A stretch of 37,158 bases of DNA from Bacteriovoracaceae bacterium (lineage in GTDB: Bacteria; Bdellovibrionota; Bacteriovoracia; Bacteriovoracales; Bacteriovoracaceae), in NCBI GenBank assembly GCA_018649885.1, contig JABIHA010000040.1, positions 1-37,158 of the forward strand, written 5' to 3'. Position numbers and translations under genes: made by a program. Positions 1-9,253 of this stretch are shown here, in pieces. Below the pieces are notes generated by a model. It did no database searches. It was not told where the DNA came from and worked only from the letters and a program-made list of their open reading frames with translations. Positions within the stretch are counted from its first letter, which is position 1. Every line of letters starts with the position of its first letter.

Positions 1-560
1 ATCAGCTGCCGGCTCCCATTTACTGGCCCCGTTATTCCACTTCAAGACCTGCCCATTTGTTGGCGCAGATGTTGTGGTATCCACATCGGCCAGAACATCA
101 ACAGATGATCCAGTCCAATTAAGTTTTGTCAGGGCGATATTGGCGCCGGCATTGACGTCGGCATTGTCGATGGTGCCATCAGTGATCTCACCGGTTTCTA
201 TAGTTGCCCCAAGAGCAGAAACAGTATCGCTATCAGCGGCCGGCTCCCATTTACTGGCCCCGTTATTCCACTTCAAGACCTGCCCATTTGTTGGCGCAGA
301 TGTTGTGGTATCCACATCGGCCAGAACATCGACAGATGATCCAGTCCAATTAAGTTTTGTCAGGGCGATATTGGCGCCGGCATTAACGTCGGCATTGTCG
401 ATGGTGCCATCAGTAATCTCACCAGTTTCAATGCTGGCCCCTAGGGTAGAGCCTGAGTCACTGTCGTTTGCGGGCTCCCACTTACTTGTTCCATTATTCC
501 ATTTTAAGACTTGGCCATTGGTGGGGGCCGCAGTGGATGTATCGACATCAGTAATATCAT
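1..560 (-). repeat. 231-bp (77-aa) intragenic tandem repeat, at least 2.4 copies
   Basis: 1-231 and 232-462 are nearly identical (atcagc.gccggctcccatttactggccccg...). A more diverged partial copy starts at 463. Confidence 0.9.
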
Positions 561-1386
561 CAATAGTAGAAGTGGCCTTATTTATCTGGGCCCAAGTATA
601 GTCTCCTGCTTGGGGAGACACATTTCCTGATCTTCCATTAAAGCTCATGACTCCGCCGCCACTTTGGACTCTTGTCCAAACGGCTCCGCCTCCATCATAC
701 AAGGCCCAGTCTCCAGCAACCCAAGTATTGATTCCATCTACTAAATGAGAACCACTTTGAGATACCACGTAGTAATCTCCCGAGACTGGCCCTCCACTAG
801 GGTCTATGTCAGGTCCACCTTGGCCTGCAGTCCTGGCATCCCATGTCCCTTGAAAGGTGATCCCATTTAAATTGGTTGGCTCCCATTTTCCAGAGACACC
901 ATTGTAGGCCAGTACATCTCCGTTACTTGCACCCATCTGGGCAATCTTAGCACCATCAATACTTCCGTCGGCCATGGTCACAGTTACTGGAAATGTGCTG
1001 GCGCCTTTGGCGTCTGAGATTAGGATACTAAATGCCGAACCCACAGCGACACTGAAAGCGCTTAAAGCACCTGCGACTATGGTGGTTCCGGTTTTACTTA
1101 TAATGCTAAATTTTTGCTTAACTCCATTTGAAAATACAACGCTCAGCTCATTTACTCCTGACAGCTTGCTGCCTTGAATAACTAAGTTGCCACTGGCATT
1201 TATAGTTGCCGCACCAACTATTCCCTCGGCCTTTCCATCACTTCTGTTTGTGAGCTCATCGAAGGGGTTTTTATGTTCTGAAAGTTTGGGAACGGCCAAA
1301 CAGGCCTGAAGTAGGACAATGCAAAGCATTGAAAATATCTTGTGAATATGAGCACTTATTTGTGCTTTAGGGGTCTTCACAAACAT
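1..1386 (-). CDS. Tail-fibre-like repeat lipoprotein/adhesin (5' part; continues beyond the window's left edge)
   Basis: Manual translation of the minus strand: ATG at 1386 (or GTG at 1380 after AGAGAGG) opens 462 codons with no stop to position 1. MFVKTPK...MLCIVLLQAC is a lipobox-like signal, followed by fibre-type motifs (GDVLAYNGVSGKWEP, FQGTWDA, GDYYVV, GVMSFNGRSGNV, NGQVLKWNNGASKWEP). Confidence 0.85.
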   Translation of the reverse strand, partial: MFVKTPKAQISAHIHKIFSMLCIVLLQACLAVPKLSEHKNPFDELTNRSDGKAEGIVGAATINASGNLVIQGSKLSGVNELSVVFSNGVKQKFSIISKTGTTIVAGALSAFSVAVGSAFSILISDAKGASTFPVTVTMADGSIDGAKIAQMGASNGDVLAYNGVSGKWEPTNLNGITFQGTWDARTAGQGGPDIDPSGGPVSGDYYVVSQSGSHLVDGINTWVAGDWALYDGGGAVWTRVQSGGGVMSFNGRSGNVSPQAGDYTWAQINKATSTIDDITDVDTSTAAPTNGQVLKWNNGTSKWEPANDSDSGSTLGASIETGEITDGTIDNADVNAGANIALTKLNWTGSSVDVLADVDTTTSAPTNGQVLKWNNGASKWEPAADSDTVSALGATIETGEITDGTIDNADVNAGANIALTKLNWTGSSVDVLADVDTTTSAPTNGQVLKWNNGASKWEPAAD

Positions 1387-1418
1387 CCTCTCTCTAATAA
1401 CCAACTGATACGGTTATT

Positions 1419-1443
1419 CTATCGTCGGTTTAATTCTTCTTTG
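1419..1443 (-). promoter_or_regulatory. Putative sigma28/FliA-type promoter of the fibre gene
   Basis: Minus strand CAAAG-N12-GACGATAG, ~33 nt upstream of the ATG; resembles TAAAG-N11..13-GCCGATAA. Confidence 0.35.
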
Positions 1444-1460
1444 GATTAAGCAAAAACTAG

Positions 1461-1480
1461 CGTTCCAAAGCCTTGGAACG
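1461..1480. promoter_or_regulatory. Perfect 8-bp inverted repeat in the divergent intergenic region (possible operator)
   Basis: CGTTCCAA-agcc-TTGGAACG. Confidence 0.3.
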
Positions 1481-1676
1481 TTGGTTTCCAGGTGAAATTG
1501 GGAAGAAATATTTTGCAGCAAGCCAACTATTTTTGGCTAGAGGAACCCTTTTTGAAAATAGTTTAGTAATGTATCGAAATCACGAAAAACCTGACTTTTT
1601 CACTTTTAACTCTAGCTTAGGGGTGGTTTGATGAGGCCTTCTCAATTGTTAGTAACCCCATAGGTGAATAAATCCC

Positions 1677-2966
1677 ATGATGGATTGGTTAAAGATAAAA
1701 ATTCTGGCACCATTTAGCGAAATCTCTGAAGAAGAGCTTTTGAGGCAGAATGTGACTTTCACCACATTTATGCTGATGAATTTACTCTTTGTTTTATCAA
1801 TTTTTCTCTATGATTTTGGTTTCTATCAAAATGCAGACAATCATAGTCCATACTATTTCTCAGTGCTTCTTATTTCAGCGATTGTTGGAATTTTTAATTA
1901 TCTATTGTGCAGGTTTGGAAAACACTTAGCGGCTGCTATTGCCTTCAGTATTTACTCTAATTCGGCAATTTTGTTCTATGCACTGACTGATGTCATAGAT
2001 CCACTGGATAGTATGGCCACGCTATTTTTGACTATCCCCATAGCAATTGCAGCGTTTATCATAAAATTTCGTTACGCTTTTTTTATATATCTAATTTGTA
2101 TGTCCTCAAATTTTGTTGTGCTTTATTTTAGCCACAAGGCCGAATTCTTGAGCTCCACTCCCATGCTATATAATCTCTATATTTGCCAACTACTGCTTCT
2201 GGGTGCTTTCCTCCAAGACCGCAATATAAAAAATATTGTACAAGACCGAGAAAAGTTAATTCAATCAGAAAAGTTTGTGGCCTTGGGAGAAATGGCAGCG
2301 GGAATTGCTCATGAAATTAGTAATCCGCTCACAATTATTTCCACCACAACTGAGCTTATGAGAAGAAAGTCTTCAAAAAATCAAACTGACGAAAGTATTC
2401 AAGATGATTTTAAGAAATTAAATAAAACCATGAAGAGAATAAATACCATCATAAAGGGTATGAGAAATGTGTCTCGCAGCTCTAGCAGTGAGGATTTAAT
2501 CACTCAAAAAGATGTGTACCTATTGATTGATGAGGTCACCTCTCTTTGTAAGCAAAAAATTAAGGCCCACGGAATAACACTTCAATACGCAAAATCATCG
2601 CCTGTGGCCATTGTTTGCAAGCAAATTCAGTTTGAACAAGTTCTATTAAACTTAATGGGTAATGCCATTGATGCCGTGAAAGAGTTGGATAAGAAATGGA
2701 TCAAAATTGAAGTAGAGAAAAAAGGCAAAAACCTTCTTGTTAAGGTGATTGATAGTGGCGGTGGAATTTCTTCCACACTTCAAAAGAAGATCTTTATCCC
2801 ATACTTTACGACAAAAGGAGTTGGCAAAGGCACAGGTCTTGGGCTTTCTCTTTCTAAGTCTTTTATGAGAGAGCAAAAGGGCGACCTCTTCCTTGACTGC
2901 AATCTCAAAAATACCTGTTTTGTAATGGAGATACCAACTTCCATTGAAGGAAATCACCCAAGTTGA
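1677..2966 (+). CDS. Membrane sensor histidine kinase (NtrB-like HisKA + HATPase_c)
   Basis: About 6 TM segments, H-box GIAHEISNPL, N-box QVLLNLMGNAIDA, DSGGG, FIPYFTTK, GTGLGLS. Confidence 0.95.
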   Translation: MMDWLKIKILAPFSEISEEELLRQNVTFTTFMLMNLLFVLSIFLYDFGFYQNADNHSPYYFSVLLISAIVGIFNYLLCRFGKHLAAAIAFSIYSNSAILFYALTDVIDPLDSMATLFLTIPIAIAAFIIKFRYAFFIYLICMSSNFVVLYFSHKAEFLSSTPMLYNLYICQLLLLGAFLQDRNIKNIVQDREKLIQSEKFVALGEMAAGIAHEISNPLTIISTTTELMRRKSSKNQTDESIQDDFKKLNKTMKRINTIIKGMRNVSRSSSSEDLITQKDVYLLIDEVTSLCKQKIKAHGITLQYAKSSPVAIVCKQIQFEQVLLNLMGNAIDAVKELDKKWIKIEVEKKGKNLLVKVIDSGGGISSTLQKKIFIPYFTTKGVGKGTGLGLSLSKSFMREQKGDLFLDCNLKNTCFVMEIPTSIEGNHPS

Positions 2967-3099
2967 AGGCTGAGCGGGATGGTCGGGTAGTATTACTACT
3001 TAAATCATCTATCATTTAGCGATTTCTATGCTGTAAGTCAGGTTCTCTCTTAAATCCACTTGCTACAATTCTATGAATTATTTTTGTTAGGGAGGACTC

Positions 3100-4215
3100 A
3101 TGAAAGTATGGATACTATTTAGTGTTGGCATTTTGCTAGCATTGTCTCAAAGCGCATATTCAGTTGATATTCACAACACCTATAAATGGAATAGAAAAAA
3201 CGTTAATAAAAATAATGGGAAAGTTGATCGCGATCCCTGGTATGAGTGGTGGTATTACAAGGTCGTCGACCCTAAAACTTCCAAATCCTTCTTCTTTGTT
3301 TATGGGATTGTTAATCCATGGGACGATGCCGGTACCATGAAGGGGACTCGCTCATATGTGGGAATGGGAGATTTTAAAAATAAGTTAAATCTTGAAGAGC
3401 ATTTTCCCATATCTAATTTTTCTAGTAGCTACGATAAAACCTTTGTTGCAATTGATTCGAATATGGCCACTGACAAAAAAATCTATGGCTCAATAATTGA
3501 TAAGAGTGGAAAAATTGCTAAATGGGATGTGGATGTTACTAAGAAGTGGTCCTTTAATGCCACAGGATGGGCAACAGGAAAGATGATAACCAATATTGAG
3601 TGGTATCCTGCCCAGGCGGATGCACTTTGTAATGGGACTATTACTGTTGGCGCTGAAGTCACTAAACTTACAGATGCTCCTTGTTATCAAGATCGAAATT
3701 GGGGACACTCCTTTCCAAAGTGGTGGACATGGATAGTCTCGAATCACTTCGAAGGACACTCCGAAACCGCTCTTGCCATTGGCGGGGGAAAACCCCAATT
3801 CTTTGGAAAAGTGGAGCCCATTGAAGGTGTGGCCATCGGGCTAAAGCATAAGGGAGTTGAGTATCACTTTCGTCCCAATGACTTAGATCTAGTGAGAGTT
3901 AATATTAAATTTGGAAAATGGGAAGTTCTAGGTTTAAACAGAAAATATAAAATTGAAATTGTGGCATCTGCTCCCAAAGACCAATTTATGGACCTAGAAT
4001 TTGTGACTCCTGAAGGAAAAGTATTTCATGACTATGAGACTCTTACGGGTGAAATCAAAGTTAAGCTGTATAAGAGACCAAGGTACCTTATAGGCAAGTG
4101 GGAGCTAATTGATACGCTTACGACAAAGTATGGCGGAATTGAGTATGGAAGTGACAAAGACTATGGTCTGACTTCTCTTTTAAATGAAAATATAGAACTT
4201 TTCTCCAATTTTTAA
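3100..4215 (+). CDS. Secreted tocopherol-cyclase-family protein
   Basis: Signal peptide; PWYEWWYYKV and YQDRNWGHSFPKWWTWIVSNHF motifs typical of the tocopherol cyclase family; RBS GGAGG. Confidence 0.8.
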   Translation: MKVWILFSVGILLALSQSAYSVDIHNTYKWNRKNVNKNNGKVDRDPWYEWWYYKVVDPKTSKSFFFVYGIVNPWDDAGTMKGTRSYVGMGDFKNKLNLEEHFPISNFSSSYDKTFVAIDSNMATDKKIYGSIIDKSGKIAKWDVDVTKKWSFNATGWATGKMITNIEWYPAQADALCNGTITVGAEVTKLTDAPCYQDRNWGHSFPKWWTWIVSNHFEGHSETALAIGGGKPQFFGKVEPIEGVAIGLKHKGVEYHFRPNDLDLVRVNIKFGKWEVLGLNRKYKIEIVASAPKDQFMDLEFVTPEGKVFHDYETLTGEIKVKLYKRPRYLIGKWELIDTLTTKYGGIEYGSDKDYGLTSLLNENIELFSNF

Positions 4216-4237
4216 GATTTAGCTTATAGGGTGTAAA

Positions 4238-5587
4238 ATGAAAATACTTCTGATCGTTACGTGCATACTATTTTATGGTTTTCAATCTGCCTATTCGCAG
4301 ACTTGGAAAAATTATCCCTACCAGTCAAAAAAATCATCGATTGTTTTTCCAGATGATGAGGGAAACCACCCATGGGTTCCAGACCTTGAGTGGTGGTATG
4401 TAGTGATGCACGTGAAGGGAGATATTAGTGGGGATCAATATTCAATTTTGGTGACCCATTTTAATAACTTATTTCGATTTTTCACTGTTACCAATGTCAC
4501 TAAGAAAACACACTCCAGTGGAACTGCCATGGGGATTTTAAAAGCATCAACCAAGAGGTTAGATCTGACTCAAAATACAAAGTTTGGGAAAGACTATATG
4601 CGGACTAAAAAAGATGGTGCAGGAAATCTTATCCCTTTTGAGTATGAGTTGAAAACTCATCACAAGGATATGAACGTTATGGCATCACTTCGTTCTACTA
4701 AAGCACCTCTTATGGTGGGAGGAAGTGGCTATGTTGATGTGGGGAGTAGCGGGAAGAGTTGGTATTATTCAAATACAAGGTTAGATGTGAAGGGAGTTCT
4801 CGACTACGCCGGGATAAAAGAAGGCTTTTCTGGTATTGCTTGGATGGATCATCAATGGGGTCCATTTCTTATTTCTCCTGTCGAGGGACTTAGAACTTTT
4901 GAGTCCTATGAATGGTTTTGCATTCAGCTCGACGATGGAAGTGATATCATGATCAGCAATATTTTTAATAGAAAGTATCAAAGACCCAAAGATGGAAAGC
5001 ATGGAGGCATTGAGATTTACTATCCCGATGGCAAATGGGCAAAAACTGAAGATGTGGAATTTACAAGGGTTAAATATTGGAAAGACCCTGACAGTGGCCA
5101 TGTCATGTCTATGGGCTGGAAAGTAGTTGTGCCTGCGTGGGGGCTTGATATCAACTTGACTCCTGATTTTGAACATCAAATGGTGAACTTTCCATTAGGG
5201 GGAGATTTTTGGGAGGGCAGTATTCACGTGACGGGAAAATTAAAAAAAGTTTCCGTTAAAGGTAAAGCTTATGGAGAGCTCGTTCACCGCTATAAAAAAC
5301 CTAAAATTGCGCTCACCCGCCTTACAAAAAATCTAGCAAGTGATTCCTTGGGTGTAAGCTGGAAAGTTAAAAACCCAGATGCAGGTAACCCGCTCAATTA
5401 TGACTTGTTTCTTTATTCTGGTAAAAAAGTCATTAAAAAAATCAACGGATTAAAAAAGAATTCCTATATTTTAAATTCTGCAAGCACACTTTTGAAAAGT
5501 GGTCAGAGATTTAGAGTGAAAATTGTAGGCAGCTCAGTTGATGGATTATTAAAAGGCCATGCTAATTCAAAAAAGCAAAGGTGGTAG
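4238..5587 (+). CDS. Secreted AttH/CrtC (lipocalin-like, hydroxyneurosporene synthase fold) protein with C-terminal Fn3-like domain
   Basis: Signal peptide; H..LEWWY, SWYYSNTRL, AWMDHQWG, YEWFCIQLDDG, FWEG motifs; C-terminal VSW...NPLNYDL...FRVKIVG pattern. Confidence 0.8.
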   Translation: MKILLIVTCILFYGFQSAYSQTWKNYPYQSKKSSIVFPDDEGNHPWVPDLEWWYVVMHVKGDISGDQYSILVTHFNNLFRFFTVTNVTKKTHSSGTAMGILKASTKRLDLTQNTKFGKDYMRTKKDGAGNLIPFEYELKTHHKDMNVMASLRSTKAPLMVGGSGYVDVGSSGKSWYYSNTRLDVKGVLDYAGIKEGFSGIAWMDHQWGPFLISPVEGLRTFESYEWFCIQLDDGSDIMISNIFNRKYQRPKDGKHGGIEIYYPDGKWAKTEDVEFTRVKYWKDPDSGHVMSMGWKVVVPAWGLDINLTPDFEHQMVNFPLGGDFWEGSIHVTGKLKKVSVKGKAYGELVHRYKKPKIALTRLTKNLASDSLGVSWKVKNPDAGNPLNYDLFLYSGKKVIKKINGLKKNSYILNSASTLLKSGQRFRVKIVGSSVDGLLKGHANSKKQRW

Positions 5588-5588
5588 A

Positions 5589-5617
5589 GCAGAAGACTCC
5601 TGTCAGAAGTCTTCTGC
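5589..5617. terminator. Hairpin between convergent genes
   Basis: GCAGAAGACT-9nt-AGTCTTCTGC perfect 10-bp stem immediately after the 5587 stop. Confidence 0.6.
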
Positions 5618-5623
5618 AAATTC

Positions 5624-6022
5624 TTAGTGTAAAAGTTTAGAGTCCAGTTGATTTTGTAATTCTTCTCGCATCTGAGAATGTATGTCTGCAAGTTTTTTAA
5701 TTGAGCTGGACCTTAAAATGGCCAAAACGACTACGCTCAAAATAAATACAACCAGAAATGAAGGTAGCATGTGGTAGCCGAAAAGCGGATAAACAAAAAA
5801 TGATAGAGGAAAACTTATGAGAAGGCATCTAATCATAATTCCTCCCAGCGTTTCACCTCTAAATTGTAAATCCTCAAAGACTTCATGATGCTTCTTCAGC
5901 AGACCCTCAAGTTTTCCTCCCGGAGCCACGACAACAGGTCCATCAATTTCTTCTCTTAAGAAATCTAAACCTTTAAACTTTTCAACATTTTCTGCATACT
6001 TTAGATTCTCTCTCCTCTCCAT
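5624..6022 (-). CDS. Hypothetical membrane protein (2 TM)
   Basis: 132-aa ORF with GGGGG RBS and two hydrophobic segments. Confidence 0.7.
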   Translation of the reverse strand: MERRENLKYAENVEKFKGLDFLREEIDGPVVVAPGGKLEGLLKKHHEVFEDLQFRGETLGGIMIRCLLISFPLSFFVYPLFGYHMLPSFLVVFILSVVVLAILRSSSIKKLADIHSQMREELQNQLDSKLLH

Positions 6023-6165
6023 GGTGCCCCCATTTTTAAATTCCCCTTAACTAAATTCTATAAATCAAATGGAAAACTAGAATGAGTTGATGCAGAAAAA
6101 AAAAGAGAATTATTAGAAAATATTTTGATTTCTATTATGAAATTTTCATTGAATGAGATAAAAAA

Positions 6166-7374
6166 CTATGACTTTCTTAATTTTCCTGAACTAATGGCCA
6201 GAGCTGACTTCGCCATCAGCGTAAAGATCATAGCGCCCGCTGCCCAAATTCCAAGAGAGATAAAAAACTCATGGGCCGAGGGAGTGTACTCCACTATGTC
6301 TCCAAGAGGAGAGGGAACAAAGCCTGGAATAATAAGTCCCATGCCTTTTTCAATCCAGATCCCTATAATAATTAAAACACTGCCACCTAAAACAAGTCTC
6401 TGTTGATTTCTATATTTTGGCATTAAAAATATCACCATTCCAATACTGCTAAATGCAATTGCTGCCCAAATATAGGGAACTAGCAAGTGGTGCCCGTGAA
6501 GACCAAAGAAAAGATATTTGGCAGAAGCTACATGAGTGCTGTCTGTATAGAATTCTTTGAATAATTCACAACCTAATAAAAACATATTAATAGGTAGTGT
6601 GACGGCAGTAATTTTTTTCAACAGATCAAATACACTTTCTTCAATATCAAAATCTTTGTAAAAATGATTGATGACAGTGAAAATAATAATCAGAAGAGGT
6701 GGACCACCTGCAAAGGCCGATATGAGAAATCTTGGCGCTAATATGGCAGCATTCCAGTAAGGCCTTCCGCCGAGTCCGCTGTATAAAAAGGCGGTTACAG
6801 TGTGAATACTGACGGCCCAAAAAATGGATGTATAGACAAAAGGAAGGTAATAGCTTTGGTGTGGTTTTTTCCCAAGGTAGAGTTGATAGAGTAAGTATCC
6901 TGGGATGTGGAGGTTTAATAGTAGGTAGCCGTTTAGTACCACAACGTCCCATGCTAAAACGGATTTTGGAAAGTTGAGTCTGCCAATAAAGGGAATGACG
7001 TGCCAAAAGCGGTCCGGTCTACCCATATCAACCATAATGAAGAGCATGCACATGACAATGGCGGATACCGCTAAAAGCTCACCTAGAAGGACAACCTTTT
7101 TGACCGATTTCATTTTAAATACATAGGCCGGTACCACAAGTAGAACTGCTGCCGCTGCTACGCCTACTAAAAAGGTGAAGTTGGCAATATAGACTCCCCA
7201 GCTGACTTGATCGGAGAGATTTGTCACTTCAAGGCCTTGGGTAAATTGAAAATAGTAGGCCACCATTCCAAATAAAATGAAAACAGAAAGACCGCCGAGC
7301 CAGGTGAAATATCTCTTATCACCAGTAAAGGCCTCTTTAATCATTGCTACCCAAAATGTAAGATACTGTGCCAT
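6166..7374 (-). CDS. nrfD: NrfD/PsrC/DsrP-family quinol oxidoreductase membrane subunit
   Basis: About 10 TM; WGVYIANFTFLVGVAAAA, DMGRPDRFWH, SVLAWD, SIHTVTAF motifs. Confidence 0.9.
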   Translation of the reverse strand: MAQYLTFWVAMIKEAFTGDKRYFTWLGGLSVFILFGMVAYYFQFTQGLEVTNLSDQVSWGVYIANFTFLVGVAAAAVLLVVPAYVFKMKSVKKVVLLGELLAVSAIVMCMLFIMVDMGRPDRFWHVIPFIGRLNFPKSVLAWDVVVLNGYLLLNLHIPGYLLYQLYLGKKPHQSYYLPFVYTSIFWAVSIHTVTAFLYSGLGGRPYWNAAILAPRFLISAFAGGPPLLIIIFTVINHFYKDFDIEESVFDLLKKITAVTLPINMFLLGCELFKEFYTDSTHVASAKYLFFGLHGHHLLVPYIWAAIAFSSIGMVIFLMPKYRNQQRLVLGGSVLIIIGIWIEKGMGLIIPGFVPSPLGDIVEYTPSAHEFFISLGIWAAGAMIFTLMAKSALAISSGKLRKS

Positions 7375-7385
7375 TTCTATAGATC

Positions 7386-8321
7386 CTAATCAAAGTAGTA
7401 GAAGAACTGTGGCATGGTATTGAGCTCTTCTTTAAGTACAAATACTCTTTTTGTTTTAAGAATTTGGTAAACTTCACTTTTTTCATCAAGTATGTTGCCA
7501 AATTTTCTGGCCCCTGTGGGACATGCCTCAAGGCAAGCTGGATACTGTTTATTTCGCGTTCGGTGGAGACAAAAAGTACATTTCTCCATGACGCCTTTAG
7601 GTCTGACTCTATTAGATAGGTAGGACTGCTCAGTATTTATTTTTGTACGGTCAAGTTGTGGTTCTCTAAAGTTAAAGTGTCGGGCCTCGTAAGGGCAAGC
7701 AGCTTGGCAATAGCGACATCCGATACACCAGTCGTAATCCACTACCACAAGGCCATCTTTTTCCTTCCAAGTGGCTTCTACAGGGCAAACCTTAGTACAT
7801 GGAGGGGCATCACAGTGATTACACTGTACTGGCATATAAAACTTTCCAGATTCGGGAACAGAGTCGCCTTGATAGTACTTGGTCCCTTTTTCAAGGTTCA
7901 TGCTCCCAATGGGCATTTCAAGAACTTTAATATAGCTACCAATTTGAGGATCAATATTATTCTCTTCAGCGCATGCAGTGACACATTTTCTTGAGCCATT
8001 GCAAGTTGAGAGATTAAGACAATAAGCAAACTTCACACCTTCAATAACTTCAGGATCAGAAATTGTCACATCTCTTTGATACTTCTCTTTTGCTTCTTTT
8101 TGGATCCTGGCAAATACACTTTTCTTATCTTCAGCGTCCATCTCTTTGTAATGTTTTTGAAAAAACTTCGCAAAGGAGAAGGCCTGCGCTTTTTTGACAG
8201 GTATGACAGAAGCCGCTGCGGCCGTGGCTAGGCCTTGTAAGAAAGATCGTCTTTTTACTTGTTTGCCAATGGAGTTTTCCATTGCTTTACCAAGTCTATT
8301 TTCTAAGGATTTCTTTTTCAA
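7386..8321 (-). CDS. nrfC: Tat-exported 4Fe-4S ferredoxin subunit (NrfC/PsrB/DsrO family)
   Basis: RRSFLQG Tat motif; CNGSRKCVTAC, CNHCDAPPCTKVCP, CIGCRYCQAACP, CTFC..ACLEACP. TTG start overlaps the upstream TGA (alternative ATG at 8282). Confidence 0.9.
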   Translation of the reverse strand: MKKKSLENRLGKAMENSIGKQVKRRSFLQGLATAAAASVIPVKKAQAFSFAKFFQKHYKEMDAEDKKSVFARIQKEAKEKYQRDVTISDPEVIEGVKFAYCLNLSTCNGSRKCVTACAEENNIDPQIGSYIKVLEMPIGSMNLEKGTKYYQGDSVPESGKFYMPVQCNHCDAPPCTKVCPVEATWKEKDGLVVVDYDWCIGCRYCQAACPYEARHFNFREPQLDRTKINTEQSYLSNRVRPKGVMEKCTFCLHRTRNKQYPACLEACPTGARKFGNILDEKSEVYQILKTKRVFVLKEELNTMPQFFYYFD

Positions 8322-8803
8322 TGTTTGGCCCCTGTTTTACGGTTGGGGTGAATAGGGGGGGGATCAGCTTTCCATTGTGGAAATTTGGGAGCATGGGGGT
8401 TATGGCACTCTACACAAGTGTATCTGTGCTTTACGCCTTCCCAGCTACCAACTTGCTTGCCGTGGGCCCCAGATCTAAAGTCTGGGCCTTTTTCACCGTG
8501 GCATTGAATACACAGAAGGTGTGAGTCGTTGAAGCTAATTTTCTTTTCATTAATTAGCCTTAACTTGTCACGGTCGTTTTGATCGTGACAGAGCTTACAA
8601 TTTTTCACATCTTCCATATGCTTAAATTTTAAATCTTCATGAGGTTTGGGCAGCGGAAAAGTGGGCGTGGAGGTTTTAATTTCCGAGTGGCACTTCATGC
8701 ATGGAAAGTTGGGGACAGAAAATGTTCTGTCATCAATCACCACCTGAGCAAGTGCTTGGCCTACAAATAGTAGAGAAACTATAATCTTTGTAATCATCAT
8801 CAT
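8318..8803 (-). CDS. Periplasmic tetraheme cytochrome c
   Basis: Signal peptide plus four CxxCH motifs (CMKCH, CKLCH, CIQCH, CVECH). Confidence 0.9.
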   Translation of the reverse strand: MMMITKIIVSLLFVGQALAQVVIDDRTFSVPNFPCMKCHSEIKTSTPTFPLPKPHEDLKFKHMEDVKNCKLCHDQNDRDKLRLINEKKISFNDSHLLCIQCHGEKGPDFRSGAHGKQVGSWEGVKHRYTCVECHNPHAPKFPQWKADPPPIHPNRKTGAKH

Positions 8804-8809
8804 ACCATC

Positions 8810-9253
8810 TTAAAGCATAAGTTTGTGGGCCAAGCTGTCTTGATCCCTTATCCCTAATGTTCTTGCAGCGAGTTCATCCATCAACCAATCATCATAATCT
8901 TTTAGATAAGTATTTTCTGGGAAAGTGACTGAGAACACTTTGTGGGTTCCGAGGTATTTCCCAGTGGATTCCTCTGCAAAAAAACATTCAACTACAAATG
9001 TCTTTCCATGGGGCATCAGCGCTCCGTAAAGGCTAATGCCATCTCCTTCATAATCATTTTCATTCATTTTGGAGAAGATAGGCCAATTCATGACGAGAAA
9101 GATGCCGGTAATCTCAGGTGCAAATGCAGGCTTAAGATTTCCATTCTCGTCAAGCTTTAGGAAACTAGAGCCAACCGGCATTTGTTTTGTCTCAGAGGTT
9201 ATCTCTTTTAAAACAATATTATCCAGGACTATAGTTTCCGTAATGGTCTCCAT
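8810..9253 (-). CDS. Hypothetical acidic cytoplasmic protein within the cytochrome operon
   Basis: 147 aa; start overlaps the upstream stop (TAATG); stop lies 6 nt before the cytochrome start. Confidence 0.75.
   Translation of the reverse strand: METITETIVLDNIVLKEITSETKQMPVGSSFLKLDENGNLKPAFAPEITGIFLVMNWPIFSKMNENDYEGDGISLYGALMPHGKTFVVECFFAEESTGKYLGTHKVFSVTFPENTYLKDYDDWLMDELAARTLGIRDQDSLAHKLML

Noticed and set aside
74..1177. + strand ORFs 74-601 and 974-1177
   Set aside because: Antisense shadows of the minus-strand fibre gene.
7975..8010. Cys-to-Ser change in the first Fe-S motif of the NrfC-like protein (CNGSRKC)
   Set aside because: Variation at this position is compatible with a 3Fe-4S cluster, so it is not evidence of inactivation or novelty without an alignment.
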